Positions 1-8,606 of a stretch of 64,000 nt of DNA are shown here, in pieces (position 1 is the stretch's first letter; every line of letters starts with the position of its first letter). Below the pieces are notes generated by a model. That model saw nothing but the letters and a program-made list of their open reading frames with translations. It was not told the origin of the DNA and did no database searches. A program made the position numbers and the translations under genes. Origin of the DNA: Acidimicrobiales bacterium (GTDB lineage Bacteria; Actinomycetota; Acidimicrobiia; Acidimicrobiales; DATDAH01); contig JAYRFK010000023.1 in assembly GCA_041908445.1 (NCBI GenBank), forward strand, positions 7,161 to 71,160, written 5' to 3'.

Positions 1-606
1 GGCGCCGGCATCCCGGGCGAGCAGCGCGACCGCACGCGAGGTGCAGCTGATGCACACGGTCTCGCGCTGGCCGAAGATGCCGTCCTTGCCCTCGGTCTCC
101 GCCGGGTTGATCTGCCAGACGTAGAGCGGGATGCCGGCCTCGTAGAGGTCACCCCAGCCCGAGCCCACCTGGGCGGCGCTGAAGGTGGCGAAGGTGTCGT
201 TGTCCGAGATGATCTCGAGGGCGCGGGCCTGGTTGTTGGACAGCTCGTCGTCGATCACGTCGTCGTCGTTCAGCACCAGCTCCCGGCCGTTGACCCCGCC
301 CTGGTCGTTCATGTAGGCGAAGTAGGCGCGGATGCCGTCCGTGTAGCAGTCGAGCACGCAGGTGCCGAGCGGGTTGTTGGCCTGGGTGCCGAGGGCCGAG
401 AACCGGATCTCGGTGTCGGTGACGCCGGGCTGGTCGACCGAGACCTGCTCACCCGCTGCGGTGGTGTCGGTGGACCCCGAGTCGGCCTCGGTGGTGTCGC
501 TGCTGCTCTCGTCGTCGCCCGAGTTGCTACAGGCGGCGACGACGAGCGCCGTCGCGGCGAGCAGGGCGAGCAGGAAGCGCCAGCGCTTCGTGGACGTGGA
601 CCTCAT
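1..606 (-). CDS. ABC-transporter substrate-binding lipoprotein (LivK / PBP type-1-like). The N-terminal part lies in the window and the rest runs off the window start.
   Basis: Own translation of the minus strand from ATG at 606 gives MRSTSTKRWRFLLALLAATALVVAACSNSGDDESSSD...GVTDTEIRF...QGGVNGRELVL. It has a signal peptide with a VAAC lipobox and a Ser/Asp/Thr linker, the same layout as the other SBPs here. It is absent from the ORF track because the window edge truncates it. Confidence 0.75.
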   Translation of the reverse strand, partial: MRSTSTKRWRFLLALLAATALVVAACSNSGDDESSSDTTEADSGSTDTTAAGEQVSVDQPGVTDTEIRFSALGTQANNPLGTCVLDCYTDGIRAYFAYMNDQGGVNGRELVLNDDDVIDDELSNNQARALEIISDNDTFATFSAAQVGSGWGDLYEAGIPLYVWQINPAETEGKDGIFGQRETVCISCTSRAVALLARDAGA

Positions 607-731
607 GTGGATACCTTCCCCCAGTGGAAACGTGGTTCTTCCCCAGCGAGAGCACGGCACTCGCTGAGCCGGGAGCGTAGTCGCTCCCCCCGGGCCGCGT
701 GCCGCGACCCGGTCCCGCCCGACCGGCGCCG

Positions 732-2201
732 CTACGACACCGGGATCGCGAGGGTCTTGGTCTCGAGGTACTCCTCGAACCCGGCGACCCCCATCTCCCG
801 GCCGATGCCGGACTGCTTGTAGCCCCCGAACGGGCAGTCGGGGGCGTACCACATGCCCCCGTTGACGCTGACCGTGCCGGTCCGCAGGCGCTTGGCGACG
901 GCGGTGGCGTGGTCGTCGTCGCTGCTCACCACCGTGGCGGAGAGGCCGAAGACCGAGTCGTTGGCAATGCGCACGGCGTCGTCGTCGTCCTCGTAGGGCA
1001 GCACCGTGAGGACCGGCCCGAAGACCTCCTCCTGGTTGATCTTGGCGTCCGGGCCGACGCCGGCGATCAGCGTGGGCTCGTAGAAGAAGCCGTCGGGCAG
1101 GTGCTCGGGCACCTTGCCGCCGAGCACGACGGAGCCGCCCTCGGCGACCGCGCTCTGCACGTAGGCGTCGACCTTCTGGCGCTGCGCCTCGCTCACGAGC
1201 GGGCCCATCATCATCCCGGGGTCGGTCGGGTCGCCGTAAGGGACGCCGGCCATGATCGCCGCGGTCTGCTCGACCGCCTCGTCGTACTTCGAGGCGGGGA
1301 CGAGCAGGCGGGTGGTGATGGCGCAGCCCTGGCCGGCGTGGGAGCAGATGGTGAAGCCGGCGAGCATGGCCGAGAGGCCGAGGTCGGCGTCGTCGAGGAC
1401 GATGAAGGCGGACTTGCCGCCGAGCTCGAGGAACACCTTCTTCACGGTGGCGCTGGCCGCGGCCATGATCCGCCGGCCGGTCGGGGTCGAGCCGGTGAAC
1501 GTCACCATGTCGACCCGCGGGTCGGTGGTGAGCGACTCCGCCACGGCCACGTCGGTGCCCGAGTCGGTGATCATGTTCACGACGCCGGCGGGGATGTCGG
1601 TGTGCTCGGCGATGAGGCGGCCGAGGAAGTTGGTGACCAGCGGCGTCTGCGGCGCGCCCTTGGCCACGACCGTGCAGCCGGCGGCGAGGGCGGGGACGAG
1701 CTTCGCCAGGGTGATCTGCAGCGGGTAGTTGTACGGGACGATGGCGGCGGCCACGCCGACGGGCTCGCGTTCGACCCAGCGGCGGTGGTCGGCGCCCCGG
1801 ACCAGGGCGGTGCCGAGGTCCTCGCTGAACTCGTAGCGCTCGAGCAGGTCGGCGTACCAGTTGATCATCGCCACCGGCGTGTCCTGCTGGGGGCCGTCGT
1901 GGGTGAGCATGACCGGCGCGCCCACGTCGGCCACGATCAGCGGGCGCAGCTCCTCGGCCTGGGCGACGAGGGCCTCGTGGAGCTGGCGCAGGCAGCGCAG
2001 GCGCAGCTCCCGGTTCGTCGCCCAGTCGGTCTCGTCGAAGGCGCGGCGGGCGGCGCCGATGGCGCGCTCGGCGTCACCGACGGACGCGTCGGCCGGCTCG
2101 CAGAGCACCTGGCCGGTGGCCGGGTTCAGCGTTTCGAAGGTGCGGCCGCCCTCGGCCGCCACCAGCTCGCCGTCGATCAGCAGACGGTCCTCGTAGCCCA
2201 T
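732..2201 (-). CDS. NAD(P)-dependent aldehyde dehydrogenase
   Basis: 489-aa ORF with ALDH family hallmarks: FTGSTPTGRRIM, ELGGKSAFIV and the catalytic Cys region SHAGQGCAITTRLLV. A GAGGGGGA Shine-Dalgarno sequence precedes ATG 2201. Confidence 0.9.
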   Translation of the reverse strand: MGYEDRLLIDGELVAAEGGRTFETLNPATGQVLCEPADASVGDAERAIGAARRAFDETDWATNRELRLRCLRQLHEALVAQAEELRPLIVADVGAPVMLTHDGPQQDTPVAMINWYADLLERYEFSEDLGTALVRGADHRRWVEREPVGVAAAIVPYNYPLQITLAKLVPALAAGCTVVAKGAPQTPLVTNFLGRLIAEHTDIPAGVVNMITDSGTDVAVAESLTTDPRVDMVTFTGSTPTGRRIMAAASATVKKVFLELGGKSAFIVLDDADLGLSAMLAGFTICSHAGQGCAITTRLLVPASKYDEAVEQTAAIMAGVPYGDPTDPGMMMGPLVSEAQRQKVDAYVQSAVAEGGSVVLGGKVPEHLPDGFFYEPTLIAGVGPDAKINQEEVFGPVLTVLPYEDDDDAVRIANDSVFGLSATVVSSDDDHATAVAKRLRTGTVSVNGGMWYAPDCPFGGYKQSGIGREMGVAGFEEYLETKTLAIPVS

Positions 2202-2216
2202 CGGGCGTCCCCCTCG

Positions 2217-2232
2217 GTTCGTTCGTTCGTTC
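2217..2232. repeat. (GTTC)4 tetranucleotide repeat next to an RBS
   Basis: gttcgttcgttcgttc lies immediately upstream (minus-strand sense) of the aldehyde dehydrogenase Shine-Dalgarno sequence. Confidence 0.6.
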
Positions 2233-2279
2233 GGTGCGGTCGGTTCGGTCGGGTGGTCCTGCGGTGCGCGGGCGGGCGC

Positions 2280-3455
2280 TCAGGGCGCGGCGACGGCGAA
2301 GACGACGGCGCTGCCCATGCCGCCGCCGGCGCACATGGCGGCGACGCCGGTGCCCCCGCCGCGGCGCAGCTCGTGGACCATGGTGATGATCATGCGGGCG
2401 CCGGTCATGGCGATCGGGTGGCCGAGGCTGCAGCCGCTCCCGAGCACGTTGACGATGCCCTCGTCGAGCCCGAGGGCCTTGCAGGTGGCCACGGGCACCG
2501 AGGCGAAGGCCTCGTTGATCTCGAAGAGGTCGACGTCGGCGACGGTGAGCCCGGCCCGGTCGAGGGCCTTCGGGATGGCGTCGATCGGGGCCATGCCCGT
2601 GCGGGCGGGGGCGACGCCGACCGACGCCCACGAGCGGATGGTGGCCAGCGCCTCGAGGCCCTCGGCCTCGGCCAGGTCGCCGGCGGTGAGCACGAGGGCG
2701 GCGGCGCCGTCGTTCATGCCCGCGGCGTTGCCGGCGGTGACGCTGAAGCCCTCGATCTCGGGGTGCAGCACCTTGAGGCCGGCGAGGCGCTCCATGGACG
2801 TGTCCCGGCGGGGGTGCTCGTCGACCTCGAAGGTGAACGTGGTGCCGTCGCGGCGGGTCACCTCGATCGGGAAGATCTCCTCGGCGAAGGCACCGCTGTC
2901 GATGCCCGCCACCGCCCGCTGGTGCGAGCGCAGGGCCCAGGCGTCGAGGTCCTCGCGGGTGAGGCCCGCCTCCACGGCGGTGTTCCACCCCACGGTGATC
3001 GACATGTCGAGGTTGGGGGCCTCGGGCGTGTTGCGGTGGGTCGGCGACATCCACTCGTCCCAGTCGTCGGTGCCCGGCACCCGGCGCATGGCCCGGGGCG
3101 AGGTCGACGAGGCCTGGACGCCGCCGGCGACGACGATGCGGTCCATGTCCGAGCGGATCGAACCGGCGGCGGTGGCGACCGCGGCCAGGCCCGAGGCGCA
3201 GTGGCGGTTGTGGGCCAGGCCGGGGACGTTGTCCATCCCGAGCTCGGTGGCGGCGTAGCGGGCGAGGTCGCCGCCGCCGTAGAGGGCCTCGCCGAGGACG
3301 ATGTCGTCGACCCGGGTGGGGTCGATCCCCGAGCGGGCCACGGCCTCACCCACGGCCTTGGTGGCGAGCTCGAGGCCGTCGACGTCGTTCAGCGAGCCCT
3401 TGAAGGCGGTGCCGATGGCGGTGCGGGCGGTCGAGACGATGACGGCGTCAGCCAC
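2280..3455 (-). CDS. acetyl-CoA C-acyltransferase (degradative thiolase)
   Basis: 391 aa. Thiolase motifs are NRHCASGLAAV (nucleophilic Cys), GSGCSLGHPIAMTGARM and AAMCAGGGMGSAVVF. The GTG start overlaps the upstream stop by 8 nt. Confidence 0.9.
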   Translation of the reverse strand: MADAVIVSTARTAIGTAFKGSLNDVDGLELATKAVGEAVARSGIDPTRVDDIVLGEALYGGGDLARYAATELGMDNVPGLAHNRHCASGLAAVATAAGSIRSDMDRIVVAGGVQASSTSPRAMRRVPGTDDWDEWMSPTHRNTPEAPNLDMSITVGWNTAVEAGLTREDLDAWALRSHQRAVAGIDSGAFAEEIFPIEVTRRDGTTFTFEVDEHPRRDTSMERLAGLKVLHPEIEGFSVTAGNAAGMNDGAAALVLTAGDLAEAEGLEALATIRSWASVGVAPARTGMAPIDAIPKALDRAGLTVADVDLFEINEAFASVPVATCKALGLDEGIVNVLGSGCSLGHPIAMTGARMIITMVHELRRGGGTGVAAMCAGGGMGSAVVFAVAAP

Positions 3456-4278
3456 GGTTGGGGTCCTTTGCGGGCATCGGGCGCAGCATGGCGTCCTGGA
3501 CGTACGACGCCACGAGGGCGCCGGCGGGGGTGAAGACGTCGGCCCGGCCGTAGCTGCGGCCGTGGCCGGCGTGGGGACTGCGGTGCGCGAGCAGCAGCCA
3601 GTCGTCGGCGGGGAAGGGCTCGTGGAAGGTGATGGTGTGGCTGACCACGCCGGTGGCGAGGGTTCGGTGGGCCTGGGACTGGCCCACGCCGGCGTGGGGG
3701 CGCATGGCCGTGCCGATCAGGAAGCCGTCGGAGGCGAACGACAGCACCGCCTGGGCGGTGAGCACGTCGTCGGGAGCGCCCGGGAAGCGGGTCCAGACGT
3801 CGAGCTCGGCCGGGCCCACGAGCTCGGGGTCGGAGATGTCGACGTCGCCCACGATCTGCACCTGCCACTCGTCCGGGCCGCCGGACGCCGGCGTCTCGGG
3901 TGGGGCGCCGACGGCCGGGGCCGGGTCGGCGTGGTGGATGAAGTCGGGCTCATCAGCGGTGAGCAGCACGAGCGATCGGGTGCAGAGGCGGTCGCCCTGG
4001 CTGATGGTGACGGTGGCGCTGGCGAAGGCCCGGCCGCCGTGCATCTCCTCCACGGTGACATCGAGGGGGACGCCGGGCGCCGCCCCGCGGGCGAAGACCG
4101 TGTGGAGGGTCTTGGCCCGCTTGTCCTCGTGGCCGATCGACGCCGCCACCAGCGACTGGGCCAGGAGCTGGCCGCCGAAGATGACCTCGTGGCCGGTCTC
4201 GACCTCGGGGGCGCGGTAACGGCCCGGGCCGGCCGGCTCGAGGGTGAGGCCGGCGACGAGGTGGTCGACCTTCAGCAC
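3448..4278 (-). CDS. acyl-CoA thioesterase II (TesB-like double hot-dog)
   Basis: 276 aa with a TesB-like pattern (VIFGGQLLAQSLVAAS ... TITFHEPF). GTG start at 4278, 4 nt after the stop of the upstream SDR gene. Confidence 0.8.
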   Translation of the reverse strand: MLKVDHLVAGLTLEPAGPGRYRAPEVETGHEVIFGGQLLAQSLVAASIGHEDKRAKTLHTVFARGAAPGVPLDVTVEEMHGGRAFASATVTISQGDRLCTRSLVLLTADEPDFIHHADPAPAVGAPPETPASGGPDEWQVQIVGDVDISDPELVGPAELDVWTRFPGAPDDVLTAQAVLSFASDGFLIGTAMRPHAGVGQSQAHRTLATGVVSHTITFHEPFPADDWLLLAHRSPHAGHGRSYGRADVFTPAGALVASYVQDAMLRPMPAKDPNRG

Positions 4279-4282
4279 GGCG

Positions 4283-5053
4283 CTACTTCGGCGGGAAGCG
4301 CAGGGCGCCGTCGAGGCGGATGTTCTCGCCGTTGAGGTACGGGTTGGCGGCGATCGAGGCCACCAGCAACGCGAACTCCTCGGGCTTGCCCATGCGCTTG
4401 GGGAACTGGATGCCGTCCTCGAGCTTCTCGCGCATCTGCTCGGGCACGCTCAGCATCAGCGGGGTGCCCATGGTGCCGGGGGCGATCGCGCAGACCCGGA
4501 TGCCGAGGGGCGACAGGTCGCGGGCCATCGGCAGGGTCATGCCGAGGATGGCGGCCTTGGCGCTGCCGTAGGCGAGCTGGCCGGTCTGGCCCTCGAGGCC
4601 GGCGATGGAGGCGGTGTTGACCACCACGCCCCGCTCCCCCTCGTCGTTGGGCTCGTTGGCGGCCATGGCCGCCGCGGTGAGCCGGGTGACGTTGAAGGTG
4701 CCGAAGGCGTTCATCTCCATGGTGGCGGTGAAGGCCGTCTTGTCGTGCGGGGTGCCGTCACGGCCGACCGTGCGGCCGCCGCCCACGCCGCCGCCGGCGA
4801 CGTTCACGACCAGCGACAGCGTGCCGAGCTCGCCCGCGGCGGCGATGGCGCCGGCGACGGCCTCGTCGTCGTTCACATCGCCCGTGGCGGAGCGGGCCCG
4901 GTCGCCCAGCTCGGCGGCCAGGGCCTCGGCCCGCTCGGCGTCGCGGTCGAACACGACCACGCCGTAGCCGACGTCGTGCAGGTGGCGGACGGTGGCGGCG
5001 CCCAGGCCACCGGCCCCGCCGGTGACGATCGCGGCGCGTCCCTCTGGCTGCAT
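4283..5053 (-). CDS. short-chain dehydrogenase, 3-hydroxyacyl-CoA dehydrogenase type
   Basis: Contains the SDR motifs TGGAGGLGAATV and YGSAKAA. I prefer ATG 5053 (MQPEGRAAIVTGG), which is preceded by GAGGGA, over the ORF-track start at 5095. Confidence 0.85.
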   Translation of the reverse strand: MQPEGRAAIVTGGAGGLGAATVRHLHDVGYGVVVFDRDAERAEALAAELGDRARSATGDVNDDEAVAGAIAAAGELGTLSLVVNVAGGGVGGGRTVGRDGTPHDKTAFTATMEMNAFGTFNVTRLTAAAMAANEPNDEGERGVVVNTASIAGLEGQTGQLAYGSAKAAILGMTLPMARDLSPLGIRVCAIAPGTMGTPLMLSVPEQMREKLEDGIQFPKRMGKPEEFALLVASIAANPYLNGENIRLDGALRFPPK

Positions 5054-5126
5054 CAGGTCCCTCGTTTCCCCTACTCGGGCGACGCGCTCCCCCAACGGTG
5101 CGCGTGCGTGGGCGGACCGTACGTTT

Positions 5127-5144
5127 CTCTAACACTCACGTCAA
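5127..5144. promoter_or_regulatory. operator-like motif TCTAAC-ACTCAC-GTCAAC in a divergent promoter region
   Basis: The 16-mer TCTAACACTCACGTCA is identical to the one at 50373-50388. It sits in an AT-richer island between the divergent SDR operon and the DUF35-thiolase gene. Confidence 0.45.
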
Positions 5145-5210
5145 CTCTGTGCGGAGGTGGTGGTACCGTCGCCCGCCGTCCCCTCGCCGGGACCCGACCG
5201 AGGAGGGTTC

Positions 5211-6866
5211 GTGCGACCGCTGCCCCAGCTGACGCCCGTGAACGAGTGGTTCTGGACCTCGGGCGCCGATGGCCGCCTGCGCGTCCAGCGCTGCGACGAC
5301 TGCTCGACGTTCGTGCACCCGCCCGTGCCGATCTGCCCGACCTGCCGGAGCCGGGCGTGGACGCCGACCGCCGTGTCGGGCCGGGCCACGGTCATCGGGT
5401 TCACCGTGAACCACCAGCAGTGGCTGCCCGGCTTCGCCCCGCCCTACGTGCTCGCCAACGTGGCCCTCGACGACGCCCCGGGCGTCCACCTCACCACCAA
5501 CCTGGTCGACGTCGACCCCCTCGACCCCGACGCCGCGTTCATCGGCCAGGTCGTGGAGGTGCGGTTCGAGCAGGTGGAGGACGTGTGGGTGCCGCTGTTC
5601 GCCCCGACCGGCGAGGTGGCGGACGTCGACCCGGTGGCGACGCCCACCCGCCCGACCCCCCGCCCGCCGGTGAGCGACGACCGCTTCGAGCACAAGGCGA
5701 TCCTGTCGGGCGTCGGACGGTCGGCCATGGGGCGGCGCCTGCTCGTCGACCCGCTCTCGCTGACCGTCGACGCCTGCCTCGCCGCGGTCGCCGACGCCGG
5801 CCTCGAGCTCGACGACATCGACGGCCTCTCGACGTACCCGGGCCCCGGCGCCATGGGCATGAGCGAGGGCGGCGTCACCGCGGTCGAGGAGGCGCTGCGC
5901 CTGCGACCCACCTGGATCAACGGCGGCATGGACCTGCCCGGCCCCGGCGGCTCGGTCATCGCCGCCATGCTCGCCGTGGCCGCCGGCCTCTGCCGCCACG
6001 TGCTCGTGTTCCGCACGGTGTGGGAGACGACCTACGGGGCGTGGGGCCTGCACGGGACGGGCGGGGGCGGCATGGGCGGCGGTGGCCGGGTGAGCGGGCC
6101 GATGGCGGAGTGGCGCCTGCCCTACGGCGCCGCGTCGGCGTCGACCTGGATCGCCCTGCACGCCAGCCAGTACCTGCACCGCTACGGCGCCACCCGGGAG
6201 CTGCTCGGCCACATCGCGGTGAACGCCCGCACCGGCGCCGGCCGCAACCCCGCCGCGATCTACCGCGACCCGATGACCCTCGACGACTACTTCGACGCCC
6301 GCATGATCACCACGCCGTTCGGCCTCTACGACTGCGACGTGCCCTGCGACGCCGCGCTGGCGGTGATCGTGTCCGCCGCCGACGTCGCCGGCGACCTCCC
6401 CCACCCCGCGGTGCGGGTCGAGGCCGTCGGCACCCAGGTCAACGAGCGCATCTCCTGGGATCAGGACACCGTCACCCACGAGCCCCAGGTGCTCGGCCAG
6501 GCCGCCCACCTCTGGACCCGCACCTCGCTGACGCCGGCCGACGTCGACCTGGCCCTGCTCTACGACGGCTTCACCTTCAACGCCGTGTCGTGGCTCGAGG
6601 CCCTCGGCTTCTGCGAGCTCGGCGGCGCCCAGGACTGGATCGACGGCGGCCGCCGCATCGCCCTCGACGGCGACCTGCCCGTGAACCCCCACGGCGGCCA
6701 GCTCTCCGAGGGCCGCACCCACGGCTTCGGCTTCCTCTACGAGGCCGTCACCCAGCTGCGCGGCGACGCCGGCGAGCGCCAGGTCGCCGACGCCCGCACG
6801 GCGGTCGTGACCTCCGGCGGCGGCACCCCGTCCGGCGTCCTGTTGCTCCAGCGCGCCGGCGCCTGA
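5211..6866 (+). CDS. fusion protein: DUF35 Zn-ribbon/OB-fold domain plus SCP-x/Ltp-type thiolase-like domain
   Basis: The N-terminus reads RVQRCDDCSTFVHPPVPICPTCRS followed by an OB-fold region (DUF35 pattern). After a Pro/Thr linker comes a thiolase-superfamily domain (...NPHGGQLSEGRTHG...QLRG). I chose the start at GTG 5211, after GAGGAGGG. The alternative is 5157. Confidence 0.8.
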   Translation: MRPLPQLTPVNEWFWTSGADGRLRVQRCDDCSTFVHPPVPICPTCRSRAWTPTAVSGRATVIGFTVNHQQWLPGFAPPYVLANVALDDAPGVHLTTNLVDVDPLDPDAAFIGQVVEVRFEQVEDVWVPLFAPTGEVADVDPVATPTRPTPRPPVSDDRFEHKAILSGVGRSAMGRRLLVDPLSLTVDACLAAVADAGLELDDIDGLSTYPGPGAMGMSEGGVTAVEEALRLRPTWINGGMDLPGPGGSVIAAMLAVAAGLCRHVLVFRTVWETTYGAWGLHGTGGGGMGGGGRVSGPMAEWRLPYGAASASTWIALHASQYLHRYGATRELLGHIAVNARTGAGRNPAAIYRDPMTLDDYFDARMITTPFGLYDCDVPCDAALAVIVSAADVAGDLPHPAVRVEAVGTQVNERISWDQDTVTHEPQVLGQAAHLWTRTSLTPADVDLALLYDGFTFNAVSWLEALGFCELGGAQDWIDGGRRIALDGDLPVNPHGGQLSEGRTHGFGFLYEAVTQLRGDAGERQVADARTAVVTSGGGTPSGVLLLQRAGA

Positions 6867-6938
6867 TCGGGTCGCCGTCGACCCGTCGGGCCGTTGCGGC
6901 CACGCTGCGTGATTGTTCCGTCGTACCGGCGCCGACCT

Positions 6939-6978
6939 GGAGGAAATGGCAGTCACACATACGACAGCCATTTCCTCC
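6939..6978 (+). other. 12-bp perfect-stem hairpin that sequesters a GGAGGAAATG (SD plus ATG-like) sequence
   Basis: GGAGGAAATGGC-agtcacacatacgaca-GCCATTTCCTCC lies in the ~320-nt gap between the thiolase-fusion stop (6866) and the lipoprotein signal peptide (7189). Confidence 0.4.
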
Positions 6979-7188
6979 GGAGACGGCCCGTTCGGCTGGT
7001 CGGGGCGACTGACGGCCACCTTGCGTGGCAACCGAGCAGACGTGACCGCCGGCGAGCAGCAGACCCCCTTGGTCGCGGCCGTTCGGTCCAGCGGCGACGC
7101 CTGCACCCTTCGCCGCGCTCGCGACGCGTCGGCGAGGCGTGCGGGCACCGGCCGGGCGCCGGCCGGCGGGGCGGGTCAGACTGCGGGG

Positions 7189-8022
7189 GTGCGTCGGGTC
7201 GTCGCGCTGCTCCTCTTGGGCGGGGTGCTCGGGTTCGGCACGGGCGCGTGCGGGAGCGGGAGCGACTCGGGTGACGCCGGCCCCGAACAGGCGGCGCCGC
7301 CGATCCACGCGGAGATCCTGCGGTCCCGGCTGTTCGAGCTGCAGCACCGGCTCAAGCTGACGCTGCGCAACGACGGCGACGCCCCGATCGCGGTCGACGG
7401 CCTCCAGCTCGCGCTCCCCTGGTTCGAGGAGGTTCCCGTCCAGGAGCGCCACTCGACGCTCCAGCCCGGGCAGACCGTCGCCGTCCCGATCGACTTCGGC
7501 GACGCCCGGTGCCCACCGGGCGAGGACCGCGGGGGTGGCGTCGCCCTGACCATCGCCGGCGAGCCACAGCGGATCCCGGTCGTCGAGCCGTCCGACGCCC
7601 TCGCGGTGCTGAACGAGCGGCAGTGCCAGGAGCGTCAGGTCCGCGACGCCTTCGCCATCACGTGGGGCGACGACCTGACGCCGGCCGGCGAGGTCGCGGT
7701 CCGCACCACCCTCGACGTCGAGCGCCTCCAGCCCGACCACACCTTGGACGTCCACCTCGTGCGGAGCAGCGTGGTGTTCAACCTGGCCGAGGTCGGCGGC
7801 GGCCACCCGAGCGTCGCCGTCGGCGCCGAGCAGGACCGGGCGTCGGTCGACGTCGTCTTCGACGCCTCGCGTTGCGACGCCCACGCCCTCACCGAGAGCA
7901 AGAAGACCTTCATCTTCGTCGCCGAGCTCCAGCTCGACGACGGCCCGGTCATCCCCCTCGAGCTGCCCGCGGAGGGCCCCCTGCGCGAACGCCTCGAGGG
8001 CTTCCTCGCCACCTGCTACTGA
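7189..8022 (+). CDS. hypothetical secreted protein or lipoprotein (no family recognised)
   Basis: The ORF 6913-8022 is open. GTG 7189 gives VRRVVALLLLGGVLGFGTGACGSGSD, a signal-peptide-like sequence with a weak lipobox. The rest matches nothing I recognise. The start is uncertain, and an in-frame ATG also exists at 6946. Confidence 0.5.
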   Translation: MRRVVALLLLGGVLGFGTGACGSGSDSGDAGPEQAAPPIHAEILRSRLFELQHRLKLTLRNDGDAPIAVDGLQLALPWFEEVPVQERHSTLQPGQTVAVPIDFGDARCPPGEDRGGGVALTIAGEPQRIPVVEPSDALAVLNERQCQERQVRDAFAITWGDDLTPAGEVAVRTTLDVERLQPDHTLDVHLVRSSVVFNLAEVGGGHPSVAVGAEQDRASVDVVFDASRCDAHALTESKKTFIFVAELQLDDGPVIPLELPAEGPLRERLEGFLATCY

Positions 8023-8163
8023 CCGCCCCGCGACGCATCGGCGGCGCTCCGGCGGCCGGCACGGGACGCGAAATCCGTCCGCCGGGCGGACCCCGGGGTG
8101 GCTACGTTGCGCGCGAGGTGGCCGCAGCCGCATCGGCGGCCGTCCACGAGGGAGGCACACGAG

Positions 8164-8526
8164 ATGGCAGGCGCGAGGTTGCGAGGGGTCACGTTGGACT
8201 GTGCCGATCCGCAGGCGCTGGCGGACTTCTACGCGGCGATGACCGGCATGGGCGAGCTCTTCCGCTCCGGCGACTTCGTCGCGCTGACGGACGGCTCCGG
8301 CTGCGACCTGGGGTTCCAGCGGGTCGACGACTACCGGGCGCCGCAGTGGCCCGGCCAGGACGTGCCGCAGCAATTCCACCTCGATCTCGCCGCGGACGAC
8401 CTCGACGCGGCGGAGGCGCAGGCGCTCGACCTGGGCGCCACCCGACCGGAGCACCAGCCCGGCGCGGATCGCTGGCGGGTGCTGCTCGACCCGGCCGGCC
8501 ACCCGTTCTGCCTGACCTCGTCCTGA
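8164..8526 (+). CDS. VOC (glyoxalase/bleomycin-resistance/dioxygenase) family protein
   Basis: MAGARLRGVTLDCADPQALADFYAAMTG...HLDLAADDLDAAEAQALDLGA...LLDPAGHPFCL is a typical small VOC protein. I prefer ATG 8164 over the track start at 8098. Confidence 0.8.
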   Translation: MAGARLRGVTLDCADPQALADFYAAMTGMGELFRSGDFVALTDGSGCDLGFQRVDDYRAPQWPGQDVPQQFHLDLAADDLDAAEAQALDLGATRPEHQPGADRWRVLLDPAGHPFCLTSS

Positions 8527-8606
8527 CGTCGGCGTCGGGACCCGAGCGGGGCACCCGACCCCGGGTGAGGCGCCTCCGGCCGCAGGGCCGCCCGCCGGCC
8601 CCGGCG

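Noticed and set aside
699-3533. Very long alternative-frame or antisense ORFs, for example 699-3533(+), 11310-14645(-), 14387-17581(-), 20863-23355(+), 52257-55232(-), 59592-63173(-) and many 100-400-aa ones.
   Set aside because: Their translations are Arg/Gly/Ala/Pro/His-rich low-complexity strings with no domain patterns. Each overlaps a gene with clear family motifs on the other strand or frame. This is the expected stop-codon-poor artefact of very high GC.
8098-8163. N-terminal extensions of track ORFs, for example 8098-8163, 6913-7188, 44095-44244, 47801-47914, 28999-29046, 36728-37612 and 34318-35760.
   Set aside because: The extensions are Arg/Ala/Pro-rich and lack similarity to the family N-termini. 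Internal starts with RBS or leaderless -10 boxes, or stop/start overlaps, give canonical N-termini.
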